Shown here piece by piece: positions 1 through 9,986 of a DNA stretch of 64,000 nucleotides. Made by a program: the position numbers and the translations under genes. The stretch covers positions 832,001-896,000 of the forward strand of contig CAXXLZ010000001.1 of assembly GCA_963675595.2 (NCBI GenBank), in the 5' to 3' direction. The stretch is from Thermodesulfobacteriota bacterium. Lineage in GTDB: Bacteria > Desulfobacterota > Desulfarculia > JACQYL01. Position 1 is the stretch's first letter. Each line of letters starts with the position of its first letter. The notes under the pieces were generated by a model, which was not told the origin of the DNA, did not search any database, and saw only the letters and a list, made by a program, of their open reading frames with translations.

Positions 1-31
1 AATGCCCAAAGAACGGAAGGAGACTTTTTGC

Positions 32-313
32 ATGGCCAAGAGAAAGAGACACAGCGCGGAGCAAATCATCCGGAAACTTGAAGACGCGGACCGTCGTCTG
101 ACGGCAGGGCAGACGATAGCGCAGGTTTGCCAATCGCTGGAGGTGAGCGAGGCGACGTACCACCGGTGGCGAAACCAGTATGGGGGGATGAAGGCTGAGG
201 AGGCCAAACGGCTAAAAGAACTGGAAAAGGAAAATGCACGCTTAAAAAAGCTGGTCGCCGATCTGATGTTGGACAAGGCAATGCTGAAGGATCTTGCGGA
301 GGGAAACTTCTAA
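32..313 (+). CDS. IS3-family transposase OrfA (HTH)
   Basis: MAKRKRHSAEQII...VSEATYHRWRNQYGGM...EGNF is a typical IS407-group OrfA. It ends over a G-GGA-AAC -1 frameshift motif. Confidence 0.93.
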   Translation: MAKRKRHSAEQIIRKLEDADRRLTAGQTIAQVCQSLEVSEATYHRWRNQYGGMKAEEAKRLKELEKENARLKKLVADLMLDKAMLKDLAEGNF

Positions 314-658
314 GCCCGGCGCGTCGTAGGAAAGCGGTTGATTATGTTCGAAGTGAACATGCCGCTTCAGAGCGTCGGGCCTGCCGCGTAGCCGGTCAAC
401 ACCGATCCACCCAACGTTATGAGCCGAAGGAACGGGACGATGAGGTGGAACTGATCAAGGCTCTTCACCGGTTGGTTGGAGAACATCCCCGTTTTGGATG
501 CCGTAGGATCACTCGGCTGCTGCGTGATGCGGGGTGGTTTCGCTAACCTAAAACTGACCCACCTGTGGAGGGAACGCTAACGGAAAATTGACCCACCTGT
601 GATCAGGTCCTGATAAGTGGGATGAAGGAAGCAAAGACCGCTTGTCGGGGGTGAGGAG

Positions 659-2164
659 ATGCTGACGGTGGATCAATACGGCTACGTTAGGACGGCACAT
701 CGGGTGTACGGCAAGGGGATCAGGGAGATCGCCCGAGAGACGGGGCACTCCAGGAACACGATCAAGAGAGCATTGCGGGAGGAGTACGGCGGTTACGGCG
801 AGAGGCGACATCAGCCCTATCCTTCTTTGGGGCGGTTTCTCAAAACGATCGACGGTTGGCTGACGGAAGACCGGGAGCGGCCTCGGAAGCAGCGACATAC
901 GGCGGCGCGGATTTACCATCGATTGAGGAAGGAGCATGGATTCGAGGGCGGGGAGAGCACGGTGAGACGTTACGTGCGTGAAGCGCGAAGGCGGTTGGGC
1001 GTGGGTGAACCCCGGGTCTTTATTCCCCTTGAGCCCGATCTCGGTATGGAGGCCGAGGTGGATTGGGGCGGCTGCCACGCCGTTGTGGCCGGAGAGTGCG
1101 TGAAGCTCAAGCTGTTTTGCATGCGTTCCAAGGGCAGCGGCAAACCGTTTGTACGCTGTTTTCCATGCGAACGGCAACAGGCGCTGTTTGAAGGACACAT
1201 GGAAGCCTTCGCCTTCTACGGAGGAGTCTTCCGGCGGTTGATCTACGACAACCTGACCACCGCGGTGCAGAAGGTGTTCAAAGGCAAGAAACGCAAGCTT
1301 CAGGAAAGTTTCGAGCGATTTCGGGCGTACTACGGCTTTGTGCCCCGATTCTGCAATCGCGGCCAGGCGCATGAGAAGGGTGGAGTGGAAGGGCTCGTAG
1401 GCTATGCTCGACGGAATTTTCTGGTGCCCGTGCCGGAAGTGGGGAGCCTGGAGGAACTCAACGCGCAGCTCTTGGCGGAATGCGCCTCCTACGGAGACCA
1501 CCGCATCACGGGTCGGGAAAAGACCGTCGAGGAGCTTTTCCAGGAGGAGAAAGGGCTTCTGATACCGCTTCCGGAGATTCCCTTCGCCAACGTGGAAGTC
1601 GTTTCCGGCAAGGTGGACAAGTACTCCACGGTCATCGTCGAGAAGAACCGTTATTCGGCGCCGCCTCGCTTCGTGGGTCTCATGACTCGCGTGATGTTGT
1701 ACGTGGACCGGGTGGAGGTTTTCTACGGAGGCCGAAGGATCGCCGTGCATCCTCGGCATTACGGCAACAACAAATGGCGGCTCGATCCCATGCACTACCT
1801 GGAGTTGCTGCATCGTCGTCCCCAAGCCTTCGCCGACGCCCGGCCGATCCGCCAATGGAGAGCCGTCTGGCCGCCCTCCCTGGAAAGACTCCTGGAACGA
1901 TTTTGTGAAGCTCAGGGCGAAAATCGCGGGATCAAAGACTTCATCGGGGTGTTGAGGCTCTTCCGGGAACATGAGGAAAGGGACGTGTTTGATGCCGTGG
2001 AAGCGGCCGTGGGAGCCGGAGTGAGTTCACGGGAGGCGGTGGAACACCTTCTGATCATGTCCGAAGGCAAAGATCACGCCTCCCGGCCCGCCTCCCTTGA
2101 CGCGTGGCCGACGTTTTCACCGCCGGATGTTTCCGTGTACTCGCGGATCGGAGCGCTGTCATGA
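659..2164 (+). CDS. istA: IS21 transposase IstA
   Basis: N-terminal HTH (GIREIARETGHSRNTIKR); EVDWG, YDN and EKGGVE DDE motifs. Confidence 0.95.
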   Translation: MLTVDQYGYVRTAHRVYGKGIREIARETGHSRNTIKRALREEYGGYGERRHQPYPSLGRFLKTIDGWLTEDRERPRKQRHTAARIYHRLRKEHGFEGGESTVRRYVREARRRLGVGEPRVFIPLEPDLGMEAEVDWGGCHAVVAGECVKLKLFCMRSKGSGKPFVRCFPCERQQALFEGHMEAFAFYGGVFRRLIYDNLTTAVQKVFKGKKRKLQESFERFRAYYGFVPRFCNRGQAHEKGGVEGLVGYARRNFLVPVPEVGSLEELNAQLLAECASYGDHRITGREKTVEELFQEEKGLLIPLPEIPFANVEVVSGKVDKYSTVIVEKNRYSAPPRFVGLMTRVMLYVDRVEVFYGGRRIAVHPRHYGNNKWRLDPMHYLELLHRRPQAFADARPIRQWRAVWPPSLERLLERFCEAQGENRGIKDFIGVLRLFREHEERDVFDAVEAAVGAGVSSREAVEHLLIMSEGKDHASRPASLDAWPTFSPPDVSVYSRIGALS

Positions 2165-2937
2165 AACCGGCCGTTCAAGCCCAGTTAACGGCCAATCTGA
2201 AAATCCTGAAGCTCTCCGCCGTCCTGAGCCATCTGGAAACGCAGTTGCGCCAAGCGCGGGAAAACAAGGAGGATTATGCGGAGTTCCTCCTTGGACTGAG
2301 TGAACTGGAAGTGGCGGCTCGAATGGAGAACGGCTGCAAACGCCGGATCCACGACGCCCGTTTCCCGCTGCTCAAGCCCATGGAGAGCTTCCGGTTCGAG
2401 GCGGCACCGGAACTCGATGTGAGGAAAATCCGGGAACTTCTTGAAGGGCAATACATCCGGGAGGCCCGCAACGTCATCTTTCTGGGCCGGAGCGGCACGG
2501 GAAAGACCCACCTGGCCACGGCCCTCGGAATGGCCGCCTGCCGACAAGGAGTACGAACCCGATTCCTGACCGGCTGTTCCTTGGCCAATGAACTGATTGA
2601 AGCCCGGGACGAAAAGGTCCTGGGCCGGGTCATGAAACGATATGCTTCCTACGGTCTGTTGATCGTAGATGAACTGGGGTATGTGCCCCTGTCCAGGGAA
2701 GGGGCGGAGCTGCTTTTTCAAGTTCTGGCCGAGCGGCATGAAAAGAAGCCCGTAATCATCACGACGAACCTCGGGTTCGGCGACTGGACACAGATCTTCG
2801 GAGACCCAACCCTGACTGCGGCGCTACTGGACCGGGTGACGCACAAGGCCCACGTCATTTCCTGTTCCTGGGAGAGCTATCGTTTGAAGGACACGCTCAA
2901 GAAAAAGCAGCCGCCTCAAGACCGGGTTCTCGGCTGA
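2161..2937 (+). CDS. istB: IS21 helper ATPase IstB
   Basis: Walker A GRSGTGKT, Walker B LLIVDELGY, ITTN, ALLDR. ATGA overlap with the istA stop. Confidence 0.95.
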   Translation: MKPAVQAQLTANLKILKLSAVLSHLETQLRQARENKEDYAEFLLGLSELEVAARMENGCKRRIHDARFPLLKPMESFRFEAAPELDVRKIRELLEGQYIREARNVIFLGRSGTGKTHLATALGMAACRQGVRTRFLTGCSLANELIEARDEKVLGRVMKRYASYGLLIVDELGYVPLSREGAELLFQVLAERHEKKPVIITTNLGFGDWTQIFGDPTLTAALLDRVTHKAHVISCSWESYRLKDTLKKKQPPQDRVLG

Positions 2938-3724
2938 CAACTCCGGTCGCCTACGGCTTCCTACGTTGTCAGCCGATCCAAGCCCCGACCAGGGAGGACG
3001 GCTGAGGAAACCCATAACCAAACCCAAGGGTGGGTCAATTTTCCGTGATCAAGGTGGGTCAATTTTGGGTTGTCATTACGACGGGGTGGGCGGTAAACTA
3101 CAAGCGAATTCATAGACTTTGGAAAGAGGAGGGATTCAAGGTACCTCGAAAAGCCAAGAAGAAACGCTTCCTGGGAGTTGATGCCAATGCGTGCAACAAG
3201 CGTAAGGCGGCTTTTGCAAATGATGTCTGGACGTTGGATTTCATTCATGACCGCTTGGTCGACGGCCGTCAGTTCAAGTGCTTGGCCATTGTCGACGAGT
3301 TTACTCGGGAAAACCTGGCCCTGAGGATCAACCGCTCCATTACGGGTGAAGACGTTTTGAACGAGCTGAGCCGATTGATGGGCGAGCGGGGAGTTCCAAC
3401 GGGCATTCGATCGGATAACGGTCCCGAATTTATAGCCCAAAAGGTGAGAAATTGGCTGAAAGACCTGGGAGTGGGAACCTTTTTCGTCGAGCCGGGAGCC
3501 CCTTGGCAGAACGGGTACGTGGAAAGTTTCAACAGCCGTTTTCGGGATGAATTCTTGAACATGGAAATTTTCAACAACATCAAGGAAGCGCAGACTCTGG
3601 CCGCCAAATGGCGGAAAGTCTATAACGAGGAAAGACCGCACAGTGCATTGAATTACATGACCCCGGCCCAGTTCGCGGCGAGCCCTTGGGGCCTCGACTC
3701 CGCCTCGCTCAGCTCGGCTTCGCC

Positions 3725-3890
3725 GAGGCCCCAAGGGCCGGGGATGGAAAACCGCGAGTCATGATAAAACTCTCATAACTCCTGGACCAAAAACTGGGGG
3801 CTTGACAGAGGCCCCAAGGGCCGGGGATGGAAAACCGCGAGTCATGATAAAACTCTCATAACTCCTGGACCAAAAACTGGGGGCTTGACA
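3725..3890 (+). repeat. Tandem duplication of the last 83 bp of the IS3 element
   Basis: 3725-3807 and 3808-3890 are identical; both end in CTTGACA. Confidence 0.9.
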
Positions 3891-4047
3891 CCCGTATTCC
3901 CAGGAAACAAGAAATATGATGATAGGATTAAAAAGGAGTCGGATGCTCACGGTCCTCATATCACCGCAATGATCTAAGAGAAATAACGCAATTCGAAGAT
4001 GATTTGCTTATTTTTATAAATTTCAAGGAAAAAAAGAAATTTTCATT

Positions 4048-4884
4048 CTATGTCAAATGTTTGCACTTCAAAAAAACAAATTCGTTGTTTCTTGAACCGA
4101 TTGCTATTATGGACTTCTGTAAGACAAACCCTCTATCTGAAAAGAATGAAATCACTTTTGATGGAGTCGCTACCTCAAATGGATATCCTCCAAGCCAGTC
4201 ATTCCAATCATGAAATAATGACATTCCTCTATTTGATCTATAATGTTTGAATACATAGAAGGCATCTTTGTTTTGAATAACACCTTTAATCATACTGTAA
4301 GATAGAAAAATAGGATAAAATATAGCTTTGGTGATAGCAGATGTGAAAACATTTATTGAGTAGAATGCTTTTATATAAGACCAGATTCTTGACCTGAGTC
4401 CTCGGTCATTATAAATTCCAATAAATAATATCCCATTATCTGCTACCAGTCTGGATGTGTTATTCATGGCTTTTAAAAGGTTTCCGGTATGGTGAAGGAC
4501 ACCCCATGCATATACAATATCGTAGTTGCCCAGACTATTTAGATAGGAATCGCTAAGAACGTCTCCCTGTTCTATATGCCACAAGGGATCTTCCTGGGGA
4601 ATAAAACGTCTTCTCAGCTCTTTCGTAGCCTCAACGGAATCTTTGTCAAAGTCGAAAGAAAAGACTTCTGCGCCAAGCCTTCTAGCTGCCAGACTGAACA
4701 GACCTGATCCGCACCCGACATCTATGAATTGCTTTCCGGCAAGGGTGGTCAAGTCCAGCATGACCATCAGTGATTTTTCCGCTTCCAGTATTCGGTTCTC
4801 GTCAAGGGTACGGATAAAGCTAAGCCAGTTTCGGCCGAAAGAAAAACGTTTGTCAAGCGAGACAGGGGGATTGTTGCATTTCAT
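4048..4884 (-). CDS. Class I SAM-dependent methyltransferase (polysaccharide-cluster type)
   Basis: FIDVGCGSG motif I; YAWGVLHHTG; DWLGGYPFE. Confidence 0.88.
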   Translation of the reverse strand: MKCNNPPVSLDKRFSFGRNWLSFIRTLDENRILEAEKSLMVMLDLTTLAGKQFIDVGCGSGLFSLAARRLGAEVFSFDFDKDSVEATKELRRRFIPQEDPLWHIEQGDVLSDSYLNSLGNYDIVYAWGVLHHTGNLLKAMNNTSRLVADNGILFIGIYNDRGLRSRIWSYIKAFYSINVFTSAITKAIFYPIFLSYSMIKGVIQNKDAFYVFKHYRSNRGMSLFHDWNDWLGGYPFEVATPSKVISFFSDRGFVLQKSIIAIGSRNNEFVFLKCKHLT

Positions 4885-4886
4885 GT

Positions 4887-5777
4887 TCAGTTTCCTTTAT
4901 AATCTTTTTTTCCGAACAGTCTCACGGTAAGCAAGGATTTTGCGGGTTGATTGTGCGTCAATGAAGTCCTCGCTTGATAAGGGAGGCGACATAGCACATT
5001 CTCTATGAAAACCATGATGGAAGTCGGAAGAAACGAATATCTGCCTTTCGCTCCGATATACAACTTGGTATGGGAGAAACCAACTTCTGAAAATAACTTG
5101 GTCAATTCTCCTATGGTGTATTCCTTCAGGTGAAATCCGGTCGCCACGTGATCAAAGTATTTGGATACATCTGAAGGACCGCATAAACGATTCGGTGTAA
5201 CGCACAGGTAGATAGCACCAGGCCTTAGCGCCGTCAAAATTCCTTGTAGTTGCTCAACCGCATCATCGGGGTGTAGATGTTCCATTACGTGGTTACTGAA
5301 GGCGAAGTCTATGCTATTCTGATCGACAGGGATAGTAAGGCCGTTTGTAATACGAAACTCGAAATTTGTGGGAGCTTCAGAATTCCTTGAGCGTACATCG
5401 GCGATATCGATCGCGTAGACTTTTCTCGCATATTTAGCCGCTTCCAGTGACAAGGCGCAATCTCCGGCTCCGATTTCCATGAATGTCTTACTTGTAGTAA
5501 GGAATGGGCGAATCAGGCGGAATTGGGCGGTCACAGCGTGTCTTGTCCTCAAAGAGGATGACTTGCGGGTAAGATGTGGATGGAATGGAACACGCCGGAA
5601 GAGTTCCTGGTATATGGAAGAGTATAGAGTGACTCTCTCAGCTCTAGAAGAATGTCGTAACCTTGAGGCGAGTTCCTTCTCTATAACATAATGGTATTTG
5701 AGCAAATCCATGCTTCTGGTTTCTCGTCCGGCGTTGCACAAAGATCGACCTCCTTTGTCTTGGGAGAAGGCAAACAC
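4887..5777 (-). CDS. Class I SAM-dependent methyltransferase
   Basis: MEIGAGD motif I; SNHVMEHL; VTPN. The start may be the ATG at 5711. Confidence 0.85.
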   Translation of the reverse strand: MFAFSQDKGGRSLCNAGRETRSMDLLKYHYVIEKELASRLRHSSRAERVTLYSSIYQELFRRVPFHPHLTRKSSSLRTRHAVTAQFRLIRPFLTTSKTFMEIGAGDCALSLEAAKYARKVYAIDIADVRSRNSEAPTNFEFRITNGLTIPVDQNSIDFAFSNHVMEHLHPDDAVEQLQGILTALRPGAIYLCVTPNRLCGPSDVSKYFDHVATGFHLKEYTIGELTKLFSEVGFSHTKLYIGAKGRYSFLPTSIMVFIENVLCRLPYQARTSLTHNQPAKSLLTVRLFGKKDYKGN

Positions 5778-5871
5778 GGAAAGACCATCTACGTGAGATA
5801 TTGATATGGCAATGACAATAGATATTCTTATAATTTAAATTTAACAAAAAATACGCGGTTCGGATAAATTA

Positions 5872-6993
5872 TTATTCTCGTCTGAGCAACTGGAGAAAAA
5901 GGTTTTCCCAACGGCCAAGAGCGGTGGTGAACTGATAGTTCTGCTGTATGTGGCGACGACCTGCCTCGCCCACCCGCCGGCGAACCATTTGCGGCAGTAT
6001 CATGATACGATTCATTGCGGCCGAGAGAGCCTCTGAATCTCTTGGAGGAACAAGATATCCGGATGTCCCTTCCGGTACGATATAGCGGTTATCTCCGACA
6101 TCCGTAGCGACAATGGGCAGCCCGCTTGAAGCCGCCTCCAAGAGAACGTTGGGGGTCCCCTCCCAGGCCGAGCTCATGACATATGCGTCGGCTGCGTTAT
6201 AGATCGCGGGCATGTCTCGCCTGATGCCGGGAAAAAGCACGGTATTGGTCAACCCTAGTTGACGTGCGGATATACGAACTGGCTCAGCCAGGGAACCATT
6301 TCCCACAAGCATGAGTCGGGCTTCAGGGTGATTATGGGCCACGGCTTGAAAGGCATGCAGGAGTGTGGGAAGGTCCTTCTCACGCTCGAAGCGTCCGGCG
6401 GCAAGCCAAACGAAGTGGGAGCGCAAATGCATTTCGGCGCGGATGGTTGTGCGTCGCTGGTGGTTTGGTGCGTAGGTTTTGGAATCGACACCGTTAGGCA
6501 TATACAGGATTTTGTGACGGGGAACGGCGCCTGTTCTTACATACTTTTCTATACCGGACATGCTCACATGGGTCGTGACATCGGACAGGGGATCCGTTAA
6601 ACGATACGCGAAATCAAACCATCTGGGCCCTTCTATTTCATTCCTGGCTGACGAAACCATGATAGGTACACGTGTTAAACTTGCAGCAGCTCTTCCAAGG
6701 AGATTGGCGTGGAATAAGAAGGAACAGACTATGGAAGGCTGAAATCTCCTTATGAATCTTACAGCTCGCAGGAGACCACGTGGGTCGGGGAGTTTTCGTC
6801 TCATCCCAAGCGAGACACATGGTATTCCCTTCTCTCCGAGTTCATTTGTGTAGGCTCGAGGCTCCATCATAGAAAGGACGGATACTTCCCAGCCCTTGGA
6901 TTTCAAATGAAATACGATGGACGCCAGTTGTTTTTCAGCACCTCCAACCGCAAGGAAAGTTGTAATGAAAGTGACCCTTCTGCGGTGATGCAT
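5872..6993 (-). CDS. GT4-family glycosyltransferase
   Basis: GGAEKQL; PNGVD; SSAWEGTPNVLLEAASSGLPIVATDVG (EX7E). Start placed at MHHRRR so it does not overlap wzy. Confidence 0.9.
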   Translation of the reverse strand: MHHRRRVTFITTFLAVGGAEKQLASIVFHLKSKGWEVSVLSMMEPRAYTNELGEKGIPCVSLGMRRKLPDPRGLLRAVRFIRRFQPSIVCSFLFHANLLGRAAASLTRVPIMVSSARNEIEGPRWFDFAYRLTDPLSDVTTHVSMSGIEKYVRTGAVPRHKILYMPNGVDSKTYAPNHQRRTTIRAEMHLRSHFVWLAAGRFEREKDLPTLLHAFQAVAHNHPEARLMLVGNGSLAEPVRISARQLGLTNTVLFPGIRRDMPAIYNAADAYVMSSAWEGTPNVLLEAASSGLPIVATDVGDNRYIVPEGTSGYLVPPRDSEALSAAMNRIMILPQMVRRRVGEAGRRHIQQNYQFTTALGRWENLFLQLLRRE

Positions 6994-7109
6994 GAAGAAT
7001 CTCCAGTTTTGGGTGTGGCTAATCCGGCCTTCCTGGCTTCGTCCAATGCAGAAACCGTTGTCTGTTAGACACGGTGGGAGTTCAGTCCCATCGTGTTTCA
7101 ACAATGGGA

Positions 7110-8354
7110 TCAGCATTTCTTCCGTAATAAGACTGTTGAGAACTGACATATAGCCAATGCTAATATATAACATAAAAAATATCTTCTTTCAAGGGTAAGC
7201 TGGTAAAATAGATCATTCCTATGAATATAGAATGATAGCGGAACGGAAAATAAAACCAAGAATGCCTTTAGTGTGCCTTCGCAGTGCATTGCTACCCAGG
7301 ATAACAGCATAAGAAACAATGAGTAAGATAGTATAAATAAAATTAGCAGCCACCATCCACCAACAGACCAAACATGGGCCCAAATGTTATTTGCCATTCC
7401 ATAGGTAACCTTAGGAAAAAGGTATGGCTGGAAGTAGTCGTTAAAACCTATTGAAGACAGTCCCATTTCTGGAGATAAAACAGTAAATTGTTTAACAAGC
7501 CCGATCAAGCTTTCAGTTGGAACAGTAAAATGTTCACGCAATACCTCGTTCAGAATGGATTGAATACCAAATGGTTCCGATTGTGTTATAGCTCTAACTA
7601 TAAAGTCGTTGGAACTGATGTTGTCTAAAAATAAAGACCAATCGCCTGTTGACAATGAATGCCGAAAAGAGGCGCCAGCAGCCCCATAAATAAACATGGC
7701 AGATGCGAGAATTAGAGAACATAGAATGATGCGCTTGTGAAAGCCAAGGCGGAGGCTCCCGGATTGCATCAAGGTGGCGGTCATAATCGAAATAAAAGAA
7801 AAGGCCAATGGCGATCTCATTCCTAATGATATCGAAATTGACATAAATAATATAGAAATAATAAATAAACGAAAACGTTTCTGTATGAAAAAAATGACCA
7901 TGGATAATGATGTAGATATGTTATAAGCTATAAATGCACGCCCCAAAATGCCCATAACATTGGCTTTATCAATGATAAGCATCTTAAAATTTAGTTTTAC
8001 GGCAAGTAACAAAAGGGATAATATGCCAATGAGCAATAGAAGGAGTCCTACGTTTTCGTCATAGCGAGCGCGGTAGTTTCTTCTTTTTGTAACGTGCCGA
8101 GGTCTCATGTCAAATAAGGCGCCGGTTGTAAGAATGGCCCCCATCACAACTGACATGACTATGTATGTCTCAGGAAGCAACTCAAGTTTTATGAATTCAC
8201 CCTGAACCTTGTACGTTGAGTGCCCAAAGAAGCCTGGTAGGAAGTAGATAACAGAGGAAAGGTAGCCGAGCGATAAGAAATCAAATACCCTTTTCCGAAA
8301 TAAGAAATAGAGTATTCCTGATACCGCGATTAGGTGGAAAACGAGTTGTGCCAT
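7110..8354 (-). CDS. Multi-pass membrane protein, probable O-antigen/polysaccharide polymerase (Wzy-like)
   Basis: About 10 hydrophobic segments with a large loop, low GC, located between glycosyltransferases. Confidence 0.65.
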   Translation of the reverse strand: MAQLVFHLIAVSGILYFLFRKRVFDFLSLGYLSSVIYFLPGFFGHSTYKVQGEFIKLELLPETYIVMSVVMGAILTTGALFDMRPRHVTKRRNYRARYDENVGLLLLLIGILSLLLLAVKLNFKMLIIDKANVMGILGRAFIAYNISTSLSMVIFFIQKRFRLFIISILFMSISISLGMRSPLAFSFISIMTATLMQSGSLRLGFHKRIILCSLILASAMFIYGAAGASFRHSLSTGDWSLFLDNISSNDFIVRAITQSEPFGIQSILNEVLREHFTVPTESLIGLVKQFTVLSPEMGLSSIGFNDYFQPYLFPKVTYGMANNIWAHVWSVGGWWLLILFILSYSLFLMLLSWVAMHCEGTLKAFLVLFSVPLSFYIHRNDLFYQLTLERRYFLCYILALAICQFSTVLLRKKC

Positions 8355-8356
8355 GT

Positions 8357-9526
8357 TCAAGCCCCGGAAATGGCCCGAATAAGTGTTCGCGCCGACATAT
8401 CCGCGGAAAAGAGCGAACGCGCGTGTCTCATGCCGTCTTCGCTGGCAGAGTTGCATTGGAGGGTTGAAAGGATGGCGGCTGCTATTGCCTCAGAATCTCC
8501 TACCGGGCAGAGCCTGCCGTATGTTCCTCCAGCCAGTATTTCAGCGGGGCCGGACGGGCAGTCTGTTGAAACCACAGGTGTGCCCAAACATAGAGCTTCC
8601 ACAAGAGCCACTGGCATACCTTCGTATGTAGATGATAACACAAACAAGTTCGCCCGGCTCATGTATGCGTAAGGATTTGTCACAAACCCAGGCATATCGA
8701 GTTTGCGGCCGATACCGAGTTCGTGAGAGAGCCGTTCAAGTTTCGTTCGCTCAGGCCCTTCACCTAAGATAATCAGTCTCAACGAGGAGCGGTGTTTTGC
8801 GGCGAGCGAAAAAGCGCGAATCAGTGTTTCGAAATCCTTTTCAGGGGCGAGCCTGCCGACAGCAAGAACCACCTTGAATTGTTCGCCGATCAGCCATGGA
8901 TGGTAGATTGGAGCCTCAGCATCAAGTTTTAGTTCGCTCCTGTAAACGGGAGTATAGATGACTTGAATCTTGTCTTTTAAAAACCCGAAATTCGTCACAA
9001 TGTCCTCGGCCACACCGTATGAAGGACAAACAACTAAATTGGACATATGATAAACAAAAGGTGTGATTCTGAGCATCACTCTCCGTTTTAGGGAGTTATA
9101 ATGCTTCAGAGAGCCGGTATGATTACAACTGATTCGTGAAACGACGCAGGTTTTTTGGGAAAATAATCTGGAAGCGAAAATAGCAATTATATTCGCATGG
9201 TCCATAGTGGATATCAACGTGCCCGGACGATGTTTGATGAGGTATTTCGCCAACGGTAAAAAGGCTTTGTGTACACGTCGAGCACCTAAGTCAAAGACGT
9301 TTACATTGGAAGCTATGTCGTTGGAGTACTGTCCTTGACGGGAAGCTATCAACAAATCAACACGGTATTGGAGGTCGGCGAGCGTCGCGGCCAACACGAG
9401 CATACTACGTTCAGCTCCACCCCCAGCTAGGGAGGGGAGCAAAATGGCGATATGAGCCTTTTTATAGAAGCTACCATGAACGATAGGGTTTTGCTTCTCA
9501 TTCAATTTTGAAGTGTTCTTAGGCAT
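8357..9526 (-). CDS. GT4-family glycosyltransferase
   Basis: LPSLAGGGAER; VGRLAPEKDF; SSTYEGMPVALVEA; STDCPSGPAEIL. Confidence 0.9.
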   Translation of the reverse strand: MPKNTSKLNEKQNPIVHGSFYKKAHIAILLPSLAGGGAERSMLVLAATLADLQYRVDLLIASRQGQYSNDIASNVNVFDLGARRVHKAFLPLAKYLIKHRPGTLISTMDHANIIAIFASRLFSQKTCVVSRISCNHTGSLKHYNSLKRRVMLRITPFVYHMSNLVVCPSYGVAEDIVTNFGFLKDKIQVIYTPVYRSELKLDAEAPIYHPWLIGEQFKVVLAVGRLAPEKDFETLIRAFSLAAKHRSSLRLIILGEGPERTKLERLSHELGIGRKLDMPGFVTNPYAYMSRANLFVLSSTYEGMPVALVEALCLGTPVVSTDCPSGPAEILAGGTYGRLCPVGDSEAIAAAILSTLQCNSASEDGMRHARSLFSADMSARTLIRAISGA

Positions 9527-9986
9527 GGTATGTCCTGGCCAATGCTTGATAGTGTCCCATTGGTTTATTCTTTTGTGTTAGCTGCCAGTTCACTCCTCTT
9601 AGCTTCCGACGGACTAATGAAAGACATATTATGTGGGGGCGTGGCTTTGTTTGTCGGGCAGCCACCAGGGACTTGCCGTCAATAAATGCCTGGGATGAGT
9701 AATCGAATCTTTGTAGCAAACCAATATTCATTGAGTTCTTTTTGCAGCGCCTTCTGCCCTCAGTACGAGCTTATATGAAATATAACTTCATAGAAGAGGT
9801 TTCCGGACATCATTACCCGTGACGCTAACGTATAGCCACATTAAGAACTGTCAGAGATTTGGTGAACAAAAGTGATAGATTCGTTCGTCATTTCAGTTTC
9901 TGTCTAAAAGGTACTATCTGAGCCGCTTCAGCGGAGTCAATTTTCTCAAAAAAAGTTCTATTAATTAGTTTAAACACACTACACTA

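Larger units (their letters stand above)
535..3081 (+). mobile_element. IS21-family element
   Basis: istA/istB pair. Repeated AAAA(C/T)TGACCCACC boxes at the left end and GGTGGGTCAATTTT x2 at the right end. Target duplication CGGGG at 530-534 and 3082-3086; it could extend to CGGGGTGG, so the ends are uncertain by about 3 nt. Confidence 0.93.
310..3764 (+). pseudogene. IS3 OrfB (DDE integrase core) split by IS21 insertion
   Basis: 5' part stops at ...LLRDAG near 534 and resumes as GWAVNYKRIHRLW... after 3082. The intact version is at 14652-15419. Confidence 0.93.
1..3807 (+). mobile_element. IS3-family (IS407-group) element, copy 1; left end lies outside the window; interrupted by an IS21 element
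   Basis: Matches the complete copy at 14165-15462. Position 1 corresponds to nt 44 of that copy. Right IR ends ...GGGGGCTTGACA at 3807. Confidence 0.95.

Noticed and set aside
548-1972. Long antisense and alternative-frame ORFs (also 13006-14001, 14574-15389, 25900-27387, 50827-51837, 62985-63965)
   Set aside because: They are shadows of well-supported genes on the opposite strand in GC-rich DNA and have no recognisable motifs.
9519-9731. 70-aa ORF between the glycosyltransferase and the sulfotransferase
   Set aside because: No recognisable motif or RBS; cannot be supported.
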